DNA of 64,000 nucleotides from a virus (lineage: Duplodnaviria; Caudoviricetes). Below are positions 26,720-36,107 of this stretch, one piece after another. A program made the translations under genes and the position numbers. The stretch lies in IMG/VR virus record IMGVR_UViG_3300023178_000006. One strand, 5' to 3'. Position 1 is the stretch's first letter. Every line of letters begins with the position of its first letter. Below the pieces are notes generated by a model. The model saw only the letters and a list, made by a program, of their open reading frames with translations, did no database searches and was not told the origin of the DNA.

Positions 26720-26994
26720 ATTGCCTCCTGGGCGAACACATCAGAAATTGCGTTGTTTACGCCAGTTTTGAACATTGAAAGTTCAGTTTCGTTGAGGTCA
26801 AGTTGACCTTTGAAAAACGCTTCCGCGTTAGCAGCACCGATTGTATTTCTCAAAGCATCTCTAAAAACAGCATTTCTGTCAGATGATTGGAAACCAGCAC
26901 CTTCAGGCCAATCTGAACAAACCCATTCAGCGGCCTCTTTAATATGCCCAAATACGATAGTTGGGCCTTTCTCAAAAATATTTACCTTTTCCAT
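26716..26994 (-). CDS. Early hypothetical protein (92 aa, MEKVNIF)
   Basis: AAGGAG RBS directly after the promoter; the longer track ORF is an over-extension. Confidence 0.6.
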   Translation of the reverse strand: MEKVNIFEKGPTIVFGHIKEAAEWVCSDWPEGAGFQSSDRNAVFRDALRNTIGAANAEAFFKGQLDLNETELSMFKTGVNNAISDVFAQEAI

Positions 26995-27021
26995 ATTAAC
27001 TCCTTTTTCCATTATGTAACC

Positions 27022-27050
27022 ATTATAACAAGTTTTTTTGCATTTGTCAA
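27022..27050 (-). promoter_or_regulatory. Sigma70-type early promoter with A-tract UP element
   Basis: GCACTTTTTTCAATAAAACAG-TTGACA-17-TATAAT. Confidence 0.82.
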
Positions 27051-27079
27051 CTGTTTTATTGAAAAAAGTGCAATTATTT

Positions 27080-27268
27080 TCAATTTGAAAAAGAAATAAA
27101 GGCATGTTGTGGGTTACGGAATCCAAACATTCCAACTTCAGAAAAATCCAACAGGACCAATCCATCTTCAATAGGGTCAGTACCTTCTTCGTACTCAACC
27201 ATCTCATATCCAGCGGGGATTCCGCCCTTGAAAGTTTCCATATCAAATTTAATAAATGCAGTAGTCAT
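27080..27268 (-). CDS. Early hypothetical protein
   Basis: Coupled ORF (TAATG). Confidence 0.55.
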   Translation of the reverse strand: MTTAFIKFDMETFKGGIPAGYEMVEYEEGTDPIEDGLVLLDFSEVGMFGFRNPQHAFISFSN

Positions 27269-27420
27269 TATCGTTTAATCACCTTAATATCTTCATAACC
27301 AAACCAGAAACCAGAAGCGTCACCGTGACGCATATAATAGGTTTCGCGAGCAGCGGATTCAGACCAGGCTTTAATCAGACCTTTGCTGATACCGTGGACG
27401 TAAATCTCGTAAATGTTCAT
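27268..27420 (-). CDS. Early hypothetical protein (50 aa)
   Basis: Manual translation MNIYEIYVHGISKGLIKAWSESAARETY...; AAGGA RBS after promoter. Confidence 0.55.
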   Translation of the reverse strand: MNIYEIYVHGISKGLIKAWSESAARETYYMRHGDASGFWFGYEDIKVIKR

Positions 27421-27455
27421 TAATATATAATCCTTTTCAACCAAAATACTGTACC

Positions 27456-27484
27456 ATTCTATACTACTTCAAAGCAAATGTCAA
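27456..27484 (-). promoter_or_regulatory. Sigma70-type early promoter (leftward arm)
   Basis: TTGACA-17-TAGAAT. Confidence 0.8.
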
Positions 27485-27572
27485 TAACTTTTTTCACTTT
27501 TTTTAGACTCTTTTGGAATATCCTTATAATTAATTAGTCTAACAGGTTATACGCAATTAATGAAAAAAACAG

Positions 27573-27601
27573 TTGACATTTGACGAGAACTGTGTTAGAA
27601 T
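27573..27601 (+). promoter_or_regulatory. Sigma70-type promoter (rightward arm, topoisomerase)
   Basis: AAAAAAACAG-TTGACA-17-TAGAAT. Confidence 0.8.
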
Positions 27602-27625
27602 AACAATTCACGATGGAGATAACAC

Positions 27626-29455
27626 TTGACTAAACAGACTGAACAGTTTAGAATTCTTACCGCTCGACAGCATGTTCGAGAGCGTATCGGGATGTATATG
27701 GGTTCTAGCTCACAAGAGGAAATCGAAAGATTTTTAATTGGTGAATGGAAGACATGTACGTATGTACCAGCATTATCTAAAATGGTGGACGAGATTCTCG
27801 ATAACTCGATTGACGAAGCGATTCGTACGAATTTTAAATACGCGAACAAGATTAATGTGTCTATTGATGGTGATAAGATTATTGTCACTGATAATGGGCG
27901 AGGTATTCCACAAGACAAGATATTCGATGAAACATCTAATGAGAATATTCTCAGACCAGTTGCTGCATGGACGAAAGTAAATGCGGGTACTTCTTTTGAT
28001 GATGAACGTGTTACAATAGGAACCAATGGTGTTGGTTCTGCTGCGACAAACTTCTTATCTCAAAAGTTCGTAGGTAAAACTTGGTCTGACGGAAAGATGA
28101 TTGAAGTCACATGTTTAGATGGTGCTGACTCATTGAAAATTTCGAAAAAGCAAAAGGAAGGAAATGGTACTGAGGTATCTTTCATTCCAGACTTTGACTT
28201 ATTTGAAGTTGACTCATTAAATGAGCTTGACACAGTATCACTAATTGAAGATAGATTAATGTCTCTTCAAATGGCTTTTCCTGAGATTAGTTTTTCTTTT
28301 AATAAAAGGCGCGTACGAGTAACTGACTTGAAAAAATACGCTGCATTATTTAATGAGAGTACTATTGTTGAAAAGTCAGATAACCTTTCGTTCTTCTTCG
28401 CTCCATCTGAAGACGGGTTTAGGTCTAACTCATTCGTCAATGGTGTGAATACAAGACAAGGTGGTAACTATGTCGATTATATAATCAATGGAGTAGTCGA
28501 CGAACTCGTTACTAAGATTAAGCGTAAACATAAGATTGAAGTTGTAAAAGCTACGATTAAGAATGGTTTAACATTCGTAATGTTTGCTCGTAATTTCGTC
28601 AATCCAAAGTTTGATAGTCAAACTAAGGAAAGATTAACGAACCCTATGAGCAATGTTAAGGAACATTTAGAAGGTGCTGAAGTAAAGGACTTTGTTTTCT
28701 TTGCTAATAAGATAATGAACACACCTGAAATTATTGAACCTATTATTGAAGCTCAACTTGCGAAGAAATTAGCGGCTGACAAACGTGCTGCGACATTAGC
28801 TCAAAAGAAATTACGTAAAGTTAAAGTTGCGAAACATATTGCAGCTAATAAAGATGACGCTACACTTAAGATTGTAGAGGGTGATAGTGCTATGGGATTC
28901 TTATTGAAGGTACGTAATCCAGATACGATTGGAGCATTTCCATTACGTGGTGTGATTATGAATACTTGGGATATGAAACCCGCTGATGTATTAAAGAATA
29001 AAGAACTCAGTGAGTTGGTTGCTGTATTGGGATTAGATATTAATGACCCAGATAGCGTTACAAATATGACGTATAAACATATTGCAACACTGACTGATGC
29101 TGACCACGATGGTATTGGACATATTAGTCCTTTATTAATCGCGTTCTTCTATAAGTTCTGGCCTCGTTTATTAAATGAACGAAGAGTCAAGATTACAAGA
29201 ACACCAATTATGATTTCAACTAAGGGTGCTGATTTAAAATGGTTCTATACTTACGAAGAAGCATCTACCTTTAAAGCTGACAATGGTGATTGGAAACACA
29301 GATACATAAAAGGTCTTGGTTCATTAACTGAAGATGAGTATGATAAAATTATTAATGAGCCAGTTTATGATGTGGTTACTGTCGACGATGCTGGTATGTT
29401 CCAAATGATGTTTGGAAAAGACTCACAACTTCGTAAGGAGTTTATGTTTGGATAA
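27626..29455 (+). CDS. gp39: DNA topoisomerase II large subunit (fused gp39+gp60)
   Basis: GHKL DEILDNSIDE, DNGRGIP, GTNGVG; TOPRIM VEGDSA, PLRG, TDADHDG, RYIKGLGS; TTG start with GGAG RBS. Confidence 0.95.
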   Translation: MTKQTEQFRILTARQHVRERIGMYMGSSSQEEIERFLIGEWKTCTYVPALSKMVDEILDNSIDEAIRTNFKYANKINVSIDGDKIIVTDNGRGIPQDKIFDETSNENILRPVAAWTKVNAGTSFDDERVTIGTNGVGSAATNFLSQKFVGKTWSDGKMIEVTCLDGADSLKISKKQKEGNGTEVSFIPDFDLFEVDSLNELDTVSLIEDRLMSLQMAFPEISFSFNKRRVRVTDLKKYAALFNESTIVEKSDNLSFFFAPSEDGFRSNSFVNGVNTRQGGNYVDYIINGVVDELVTKIKRKHKIEVVKATIKNGLTFVMFARNFVNPKFDSQTKERLTNPMSNVKEHLEGAEVKDFVFFANKIMNTPEIIEPIIEAQLAKKLAADKRAATLAQKKLRKVKVAKHIAANKDDATLKIVEGDSAMGFLLKVRNPDTIGAFPLRGVIMNTWDMKPADVLKNKELSELVAVLGLDINDPDSVTNMTYKHIATLTDADHDGIGHISPLLIAFFYKFWPRLLNERRVKITRTPIMISTKGADLKWFYTYEEASTFKADNGDWKHRYIKGLGSLTEDEYDKIINEPVYDVVTVDDAGMFQMMFGKDSQLRKEFMFG

Positions 29456-29750
29456 TATATGTTTCGACTGTGGGCTTTGTTGTAATGGTACAATATTCGA
29501 TAAAGTTCGAGTTGAAGGTGGAGATGATTTAATACTACCTTGTATAAATCTTACCAATGAAAATAAATGTTCCATATATGAAAACAGACCAAAAAGGTGT
29601 AAAGCCTTTGAGTGTAAAATATTATGGGCTTACAAACAAGATAAAATAACAAGAGCAAATGCTCTACAATTAATTGATGATACTAAAAATGGTATCGTAA
29701 CTAGAGACGAATTTTTAACAGGGAAAGGAACCGAAAAATATTATGAGTGA
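29448..29750 (+). CDS. YkgJ-type Cys-cluster (CxxCxxCC) Zn/Fe-binding protein
   Basis: CFDCGLCC...C..L...CSIYENRP..CKAFEC; TTG at 29448 has an AAGGAG RBS. Confidence 0.8.
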   Translation: MDNICFDCGLCCNGTIFDKVRVEGGDDLILPCINLTNENKCSIYENRPKRCKAFECKILWAYKQDKITRANALQLIDDTKNGIVTRDEFLTGKGTEKYYE

Positions 29751-31107
29751 TTTAACGATGTTTACAGAAGAAGTTACGAGTTATCCAGAAGATAACTATC
29801 CTATTTCATCGGTAGCAGCAAATGAGTGGAAGTCTTTTGCGATGTATACCGTTGAGTCACGTGCTATTCCAAATATGATTGATGGATTAAAACCAGTACA
29901 AAGGTTCTATCTCTACTCATCTATTATTAATTCTAAACGAGACTTTAAGAAAGTTTCTGCGGTGAGTGGTATTATTAGTGACTATGGATATAATCATGGT
30001 GAGGGTTCTGCGGCAGGCTCAGGACAACTTATGGCTGCAACCTGGAATAACAACATTTGTTTAATTGAAGGTCGAGGTTCATTTGGAACACGATTAGTTC
30101 AAGAAGCTGGTGCACCTCGTTACGTTTATACGAGGTTACATGACAACTTCAATAAGTATATTAAGGATGTTGATTTAAGTCCAGTACATGATGACCCAGA
30201 ACACGAACCACCTGCATTCTATTTACCAGTCATTCCTTTAGTATTAGTGAATGGCACTAAAGGTATTGCAACTGGTTTCGCAACAAACATTTTACCTCAC
30301 TGTCCTGAAAGTATCAAAGCTGCATGTTTAGAATACTTAAAGACAGGTAATATCGAAAATTATATCGATGTTAAGTTCCCAGAGTTTAGTGGAACTGTTC
30401 AACAGAACAAAGAAGAACCAAACAAATATTCAGTGTACGGCACCTACTCAAAGCGTGGTAAAACACAACTCTCCATCACCGAGGTGCCGTACGGTTTTGA
30501 CCGTGAGAGTTATGTAAAAGTATTAGATGGTTTAGAAGATGATGGTGATATCGTATCTTATGAAGACCTATGTGATAAAGAAGGTTTTAGATTCGAAGTT
30601 AAACTCAAGCAAAACACATCTGCTAATTGGAATAAGAATAAAATTATTTCAAAGTTTAAATTGTCTAAACCATTCGCACAAAACTTAACCGTTATTGACT
30701 TCGATGGAAAATTACGAGAGTATGACGATGCTCGTGGAATCGTAAAAGACTTTGTCGATTATAAAATGAAAGTATTAGAGGAACGTATTAATAAGCGTAT
30801 CATTCAATGTACTAGGGAAGTCGATTGGTTAACTATTAAGAAAGAATTTATTGAAGCTGTGCTTGATGATAAGATTACGTTTAAAGGTAATACTAAACTC
30901 CAAGTAATTAAACAAATTCAAACCACATTAGAAAGTCATGTATCAAATGAAGATGGTGATAAGTTATTACGACTTAATATTATGAGTTTGACTAAAGAGT
31001 TGGTGACTGAACTTGAAAAACAAATCAAGCAAGCAAATAAGGAACTCAAATTCTGGAGAACAACATCTCCTAAAAAACAATTCGCATCCGACTTAGAGGA
31101 AATTTAA
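29743..31107 (+). CDS. gp52: DNA topoisomerase II medium subunit (gp52)
   Basis: RAIPNMIDGLKPVQR, YNHG, GSFG...AGAPRYV (catalytic Tyr), LVNGTKGIATG. Confidence 0.95.
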   Translation: MSDLTMFTEEVTSYPEDNYPISSVAANEWKSFAMYTVESRAIPNMIDGLKPVQRFYLYSSIINSKRDFKKVSAVSGIISDYGYNHGEGSAAGSGQLMAATWNNNICLIEGRGSFGTRLVQEAGAPRYVYTRLHDNFNKYIKDVDLSPVHDDPEHEPPAFYLPVIPLVLVNGTKGIATGFATNILPHCPESIKAACLEYLKTGNIENYIDVKFPEFSGTVQQNKEEPNKYSVYGTYSKRGKTQLSITEVPYGFDRESYVKVLDGLEDDGDIVSYEDLCDKEGFRFEVKLKQNTSANWNKNKIISKFKLSKPFAQNLTVIDFDGKLREYDDARGIVKDFVDYKMKVLEERINKRIIQCTREVDWLTIKKEFIEAVLDDKITFKGNTKLQVIKQIQTTLESHVSNEDGDKLLRLNIMSLTKELVTELEKQIKQANKELKFWRTTSPKKQFASDLEEI

Positions 31108-31108
31108 T

Positions 31109-31300
31109 ATGTTTAAAAATGTAAAAGATTTAATGATGAATACGTTCGACAACGGATTCCGTATCGTAAAAGAATCCGATGAGGACCACAAGCATTGGAT
31201 ATTAGATGAAATGGATATACAATATGGTGATATATTTGAAGTAGGACCAAATGGTTACTTTGAAAAAATTGGAAACCGATTTCAGGATTCTAATGTCTAA
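31109..31300 (+). CDS. Hypothetical protein
   Basis: Co-oriented, GAGGA RBS. Confidence 0.5.
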   Translation: MFKNVKDLMMNTFDNGFRIVKESDEDHKHWILDEMDIQYGDIFEVGPNGYFEKIGNRFQDSNV

Positions 31301-31454
31301 GTTTTGGACTATATGGAAATACGCGCTAGGAGGATTTTCCGATGATAAAACGGAACCTTATGATAATTACGTTGCAATCCTTCGTACTATTATTGTGGGT
31401 GTTAATTTTCTTACGTGCTTTTTCATAATAGCAAACGTGGTACATAACTGGTGA
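31293..31454 (+). CDS. Conserved small membrane protein of marine T4-like phages
   Basis: WKYALGGFSDDKTEPYDNYVAILRT followed by a TM segment. Confidence 0.65.
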   Translation: MSKFWTIWKYALGGFSDDKTEPYDNYVAILRTIIVGVNFLTCFFIIANVVHNW

Positions 31455-32179
31455 TTAAAAGATATCTTAACAAGAACCTAAAAGTTCCTAACATACCATT
31501 AAATGACATTAACACAATGTTTCACGAATTCTTTCATAGGAAAGATTATGAATGGTATTACGCTCCACAACCTGGTGACGTATGTGTGGATGTTGGTGCT
31601 TGTGTTGGATTCTTTACTTGTCTCGCGCTCGACGGAGGCGCACGTTCCGTGTACGCGATTGAACCTAATAGGGAACATTTAAAGACTCTATTAGATAATA
31701 CCTCAGATTATTTTATTGACCACGGAGAGACACCAGTGGTCCCTATCAATGTTGCTATTGGTAGTAAGGAAGAACATTACGAAAATATATTCGGACCTTC
31801 TGCAAAATTTCAACTCATGTCTTTTAAAGACTGTATGACACAGTATGACATTGAGTGGATTGATTATTTAAAGATTGATTGTGAAGGTGGAGAGTATGAC
31901 ATTTTTAGTTTAGAGAACGTTGAATTTTTACGAAATAACGTTCAACACATCGCGGTGGAGTTTCACCTTGACTCCTTTCCCGAAGCTCCATCGCGATGGC
32001 TTTATGTTCGTAACAATATACTAAAACATTTTGACGAAAACAAAATAAGATTTTTAGAACACGATGACCGTGAACTCGCTTTCGATGATTTAGCTTTACG
32101 TAGAAAGAATTGGGAAGAAGGTCGTTCTTTTATGATGTATATTACGAATACAATTGACTGGGACCCTACCAGTTTGTAA
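31451..32179 (+). CDS. FkbM-family methyltransferase
   Basis: PGDVCVDVGACVG, YAIEPN, IDYLKIDCEGGEY, IAVEFH. Confidence 0.85.
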   Translation: MIKRYLNKNLKVPNIPLNDINTMFHEFFHRKDYEWYYAPQPGDVCVDVGACVGFFTCLALDGGARSVYAIEPNREHLKTLLDNTSDYFIDHGETPVVPINVAIGSKEEHYENIFGPSAKFQLMSFKDCMTQYDIEWIDYLKIDCEGGEYDIFSLENVEFLRNNVQHIAVEFHLDSFPEAPSRWLYVRNNILKHFDENKIRFLEHDDRELAFDDLALRRKNWEEGRSFMMYITNTIDWDPTSL

Positions 32180-32888
32180 TGTAAATCATAAACACTCTAT
32201 TGTTTGCAATAGTTTCCTTCCAAGAATCAGATAATATTCCTTTCCCTACTTGTTCGTTTTGCCAATTCACTTTATTCTTTTTGGCAAACGGTAATAAGAA
32301 ATTTTCTCTCCATTTTGAAAATTTATCTTCACCACCATATTGACCATCTAAATAACAGCGAACTGCGATATGACGAACATTATTAGATAAGAACTCTATG
32401 TTGTCTGCAGTTAAGATATTATATTCAGCACCAGATACATCAACCTTTAAGAAATCGATTTGTTTTAATTGTTGTTCTTCACATAGTTGAAGTAAAGAAA
32501 TCAATCGAGGTTCTTCAAACTTTTCTTGTACTATTGCACTACGAAATATATTCGCGGAATCCATATCGACTTTTCCTACTGCAGCATTAATAGGAATAAC
32601 CCTTTGTATAGTGTGGTCTATAATATAATCACTTACATTTTTAATTGCAACCTTAAGTAAATCACGATTAGGTTCAATCATATAAACTTTGTCCGCACCT
32701 TTATCGAGAGATGCTGCAGCAAATAAACCAATATGAGAACCAATATCAACAACGACATCTCCTGGGAGTACTTCATACCACCAGTCAAAGTCTTTTCTTA
32801 TAAAGGTTTGCTCAAAAACTTGGTTGACTTGATGAAGTGACAGACCTGTCGTATCAAGTTCGAAATTAAGAGCTTTAGGGTTTAACAT
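32166..32888 (-). CDS. FkbM-family methyltransferase paralog (convergent)
   Basis: PGDVVVDIGSHIG, YMIEPN, IDFLKVDVSGAEY. Confidence 0.8.
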   Translation of the reverse strand: MLNPKALNFELDTTGLSLHQVNQVFEQTFIRKDFDWWYEVLPGDVVVDIGSHIGLFAAASLDKGADKVYMIEPNRDLLKVAIKNVSDYIIDHTIQRVIPINAAVGKVDMDSANIFRSAIVQEKFEEPRLISLLQLCEEQQLKQIDFLKVDVSGAEYNILTADNIEFLSNNVRHIAVRCYLDGQYGGEDKFSKWRENFLLPFAKKNKVNWQNEQVGKGILSDSWKETIANNRVFMIYITNW

Positions 32889-32907
32889 ATTATATCCTCA
32901 CACAATG

Positions 32908-32915
32908 AATAAATA
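32908..32915 (+). promoter_or_regulatory. Late promoter variant AATAAATA
   Basis: Upstream of gp3. Confidence 0.55.
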
Positions 32916-32950
32916 AACTAAAAATCAATTACAATATAGGAATTCTATAA

Positions 32951-33439
32951 GTGCCGATTAATAACTATTTATCTACTGGAGGCTTTGCAATCAAGATTGC
33001 GAGGTTGCCTAATGTGGAGTTTTTCAGTCAGAAGGTTTTAGTACCTGGTGTGACTGCAAACCCTGTTGAAACTCAAACACCTTTGAGAAAGTTCTACAGC
33101 GTGCCTGACCATTTAAATTATGCTGACTTAGATTTAACGTTTATCATTGATGAGAATATGGAAAACTATCGTGAGATTTACGAATGGTTAAAGGGCATTG
33201 GTACACCAGATAATTTAGAGCAATATGATAAATTAAAGAACAGTGTAGATGGTGACCAGTCAGATATAACTATTATGTTATTGAACTCTCATAAGAATCC
33301 TAATATAGAATTCACATTCTCAAACGCATTCCCAATAGGTTTAACACCTATATCACTTGACCTCGCTCAACAAGACGTTGTATATGCAGAAGCAACGGTT
33401 ACTATGAGATACGATGCTTTTGACATTAAGAAAATGTAA
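32951..33439 (+). CDS. gp3: Tail completion/sheath stabiliser (T4 gp3)
   Basis: NYLS..GF...I.RLPNVEFF.Q....PG, FIIDENMENY.EIYEW, F..AFP..L. Confidence 0.85.
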   Translation: MPINNYLSTGGFAIKIARLPNVEFFSQKVLVPGVTANPVETQTPLRKFYSVPDHLNYADLDLTFIIDENMENYREIYEWLKGIGTPDNLEQYDKLKNSVDGDQSDITIMLLNSHKNPNIEFTFSNAFPIGLTPISLDLAQQDVVYAEATVTMRYDAFDIKKM

Positions 33440-33450
33440 AAGGAGTTATT

Positions 33451-33699
33451 TTGCAAAAAATAATTGAATGGTGGAAGAAAGTTATTTACGAGGAGTACCA
33501 CCTTACAGTATGGTATCAAAAAGAAGCGACCATCTCAAAAGAAGGTGTAAAAACCATCACACGAAGTAAACACGAATATAAACTCAAAAAGATTACTAAG
33601 AAATCGCCTAATCATATTGTAGGTAAAGATATTAATGGTAGAGCTTTTGAGATACGTACCGTGGAACCTTTCGATTACCAAATCAGAAAAATATACTAA
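33451..33699 (+). CDS. Hypothetical protein
   Basis: TTG start with AAGGAG RBS. Confidence 0.55.
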   Translation: MQKIIEWWKKVIYEEYHLTVWYQKEATISKEGVKTITRSKHEYKLKKITKKSPNHIVGKDINGRAFEIRTVEPFDYQIRKIY

Positions 33700-33706
33700 T
33701 CAACAG

Positions 33707-33735
33707 TTGACAAATGCTATTTTTTATGGTATAAT
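33707..33735 (+). promoter_or_regulatory. Sigma70-type promoter (uvsY-uvsW)
   Basis: AACAG-TTGACA-17-TATAAT. Confidence 0.8.
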
Positions 33736-33772
33736 AGTACCGTTAATAAAAGCATAGTTGGATTTTTAAATA

Positions 33773-34210
33773 ATGGATACAAATCAAATTTCAGAAATAT
33801 GGGCAAAGGATGCTCCCATCGACGAAACAAATTTAGTTGGTGAAAGTAAGCGCATTCCTTTATTACATAGTAAATACTATAACATGTATTACAAAGAAGT
33901 TTTACGTGTTAAAAAACTCAGAGCAGAATATAAAGAACTTGAAAGATTAAAGCGTGAGTATTACGATGGTTCAATGGACCAGGAAACACTTAATGAACAG
34001 GGTTGGAAACCTTTTCAGTTAAAAGTTTTACGTAATGACTTGGATAAATATATTCAAGCGGATAAGGATATTATTAAGTTAAGTTTAACGATTGACTTTC
34101 ATTCCGCGAACGCGAACTATTTAGAAGATATTATTAAAACGATACACAGCAGAAATTTCGTTATTAAGAATATGATTGATATTCTAAAGTTCCAAGCTGG
34201 AGATTATTAA
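33773..34210 (+). CDS. uvsY: Recombination mediator
   Basis: W.KD..IDETNL..ES..IP.LHSKY, EYY.G, YIQAD.DI, R.F.IKN.I. Confidence 0.9.
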   Translation: MDTNQISEIWAKDAPIDETNLVGESKRIPLLHSKYYNMYYKEVLRVKKLRAEYKELERLKREYYDGSMDQETLNEQGWKPFQLKVLRNDLDKYIQADKDIIKLSLTIDFHSANANYLEDIIKTIHSRNFVIKNMIDILKFQAGDY

Positions 34211-34443
34211 TGATAAAGTGGTTTCAAAAATTAATTGAGAAACCTTTAGAAGAGAATAAGGTCGACCAAGCATTAATGCATAATCTTCCCGTGATGGAAG
34301 AAGAGTCAGACCCAGAAGATTTAACCTTAGAAAACGCGTATCGTACGAGATGGATTTGGTACCATACTATTCTAGCAATACTTATCTTCTTTACGAATTT
34401 AATACTATTTGGTATTTTTATTTTATTAGCAATTAAGTTATAA
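34210..34443 (+). CDS. Small membrane protein
   Basis: C-terminal TM; ENAYRTRWIWYH motif. Confidence 0.6.
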   Translation: MIKWFQKLIEKPLEENKVDQALMHNLPVMEEESDPEDLTLENAYRTRWIWYHTILAILIFFTNLILFGIFILLAIKL

Positions 34444-34446
34444 ATT

Positions 34447-35940
34447 ATGAGCGAAGTGATTAACGTCGAACACATTAATAGTGTACACATGAAAGTGACT
34501 GCCGATGGTGGTGTTCGTCAAGAAATCGCTCAACACTTTTCTTTCCGACCTGAAGGTTGGCAATTCCACCCAAAAGTTAAAATGCGAGTTTGGGATGGAT
34601 ACATTCATTTATATCAACCATTAAGACCTAAACTATACGTTGGTCTATTTCCACACCTCAAAAAATTCTGTGACGATAGAGGTTATACTCTTAATGCACC
34701 AGATAATATTGGGTTAGATGAACAGATTGATGATGATTACGGTATACAACTTGCAAAAGAAATCGATTGTAAGTTTACTCCACGTGATTATCAAAACGAA
34801 TATATCGTTAACGCTTTACGTAAAAGACGTTCACTATCATTAAGTCCTACATCTTCTGGTAAATCATTAATCATTTACTTAATTCAACAACACTACTATC
34901 AAGCATTCGGTCATCGTACTTTGATTATCGTTCCGACAATTGGATTGGTACATCAAATGGCTGGTGACTTTAAAGATTATGGATGTGACCCAGATATTAT
35001 ATACACTATTCAAGGTGGTGTTGATAAGAACACAAAAGCACCTATCGTAATTTCAACGTGGCAATCTCTCACTAAACAACCTAAGGAATGGTTTGACCAA
35101 TTTAGAGTAGTGATGGGAGATGAAGCACACACTTTCCAAGCGAAGTCACTTACGACAATTATGGAAAAACTTACGAACTGTGAGTATCGACATGGATTTA
35201 CTGGTACACTCAAATCCTCAGAATCAAAAACTCATAGGTTAGTATTAGAAGGTTGCTTTGGTCAAGTAAAGAAAATCATTAACACAAAAGAACTCATGAA
35301 CAAGGGAACAGTTGCGGACTTCAAAGTTAAAGCAATCGTTCTATCACACAACAACGATGCTCGTAAAACATTTAAGGACGCGATTAATAAGGTCAAAGAT
35401 AAAGTGAAGAAGTGGCCGGCTGAAAGAGAGTTTATCGTTAATCACGAAAAGAGAAACAATTTTATTAAGAACTTAGTACATAGTCTCGAAGGTCAGAATA
35501 ATCTCATATTATTTGATTTGGTTGAGAAACATGGTAAGGTCTTAGAACCCTTGCTTCGCAAGGACGGACGTCAATTACATTTCATCTATGGTGGAACATC
35601 AGGTGAGGAGCGCGAAAACATTCGACATCTTGTTGAGAATGACAAAGAAAAAAGACACGACATTCTCGCAAGTTATGGAGTCTTCTCCACTGGTGTGAAT
35701 TTAAAAAGATTAGATAATGTAATTTTTGCTTCAGGGTCGAAGTCTGAAATTAAGGTACTACAATCGATTGGTAGAACGTTAAGGAAAGCTGATGATTCGA
35801 AAGAAGCGACTTTATATGATATCGCGGACGACCTTTCTGTGGGAAGTTTTGAAAATTATACTTTGAAACACTTCAGGAAGAGGATTGATATCTACGGGAC
35901 GGAAGAATTCCCGTTTAAAATTTATACTGTGGAAATTTAG
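34447..35940 (+). CDS. uvsW: SF2 DNA helicase
   Basis: PRDYQ, SPTSSGKS, GDEAH, GFTGT, ASYGVFSTG, LQSIGRTLR. Confidence 0.95.
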   Translation: MSEVINVEHINSVHMKVTADGGVRQEIAQHFSFRPEGWQFHPKVKMRVWDGYIHLYQPLRPKLYVGLFPHLKKFCDDRGYTLNAPDNIGLDEQIDDDYGIQLAKEIDCKFTPRDYQNEYIVNALRKRRSLSLSPTSSGKSLIIYLIQQHYYQAFGHRTLIIVPTIGLVHQMAGDFKDYGCDPDIIYTIQGGVDKNTKAPIVISTWQSLTKQPKEWFDQFRVVMGDEAHTFQAKSLTTIMEKLTNCEYRHGFTGTLKSSESKTHRLVLEGCFGQVKKIINTKELMNKGTVADFKVKAIVLSHNNDARKTFKDAINKVKDKVKKWPAEREFIVNHEKRNNFIKNLVHSLEGQNNLILFDLVEKHGKVLEPLLRKDGRQLHFIYGGTSGEERENIRHLVENDKEKRHDILASYGVFSTGVNLKRLDNVIFASGSKSEIKVLQSIGRTLRKADDSKEATLYDIADDLSVGSFENYTLKHFRKRIDIYGTEEFPFKIYTVEI

Positions 35941-35971
35941 ATACTAATATATCTTTAAGGCTGGTAGCCTA

Positions 35972-36000
35972 ATTATACCACAGCATTTTAGAGTTGTCAA
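35972..36000 (-). promoter_or_regulatory. Sigma70-type promoter facing antisense into uvsW
   Basis: CACTTTTTTGCAAAAAACAG-TTGACA-17-TATAAT with extended -10; no minus-strand gene downstream. Confidence 0.7.
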
Positions 36001-36048
36001 CTGTTTTTTGCAAAAAAGTGAAAATAATTGCATATTTTAACAAAAAGG

Positions 36049-36077
36049 TTGACATTTCGGTCATTCTGTAATATAAT
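36049..36077 (+). promoter_or_regulatory. Sigma70-type promoter (gp55 operon)
   Basis: TTGACA-17-TATAAT. Confidence 0.8.
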
Positions 36078-36107
36078 TTACGGATATTATAACATGGAGA
36101 ACATGAC

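Noticed and set aside
26995-27246. Extended start of ORF 26716-27246
   Set aside because: Crosses a promoter and another ORF; the RBS supports a start at 26994.
27595-28026. 143-aa minus-strand ORF, plus the many other 60-130 aa antisense ORFs in the track
   Set aside because: They lie within conserved core genes on the opposite strand or frame; Ser/Phe-rich shadow composition.
27626-29455. Fused gp39+gp60 as a novelty
   Set aside because: The unsplit form is usual in T4 relatives; the split in T4 itself is the exception.
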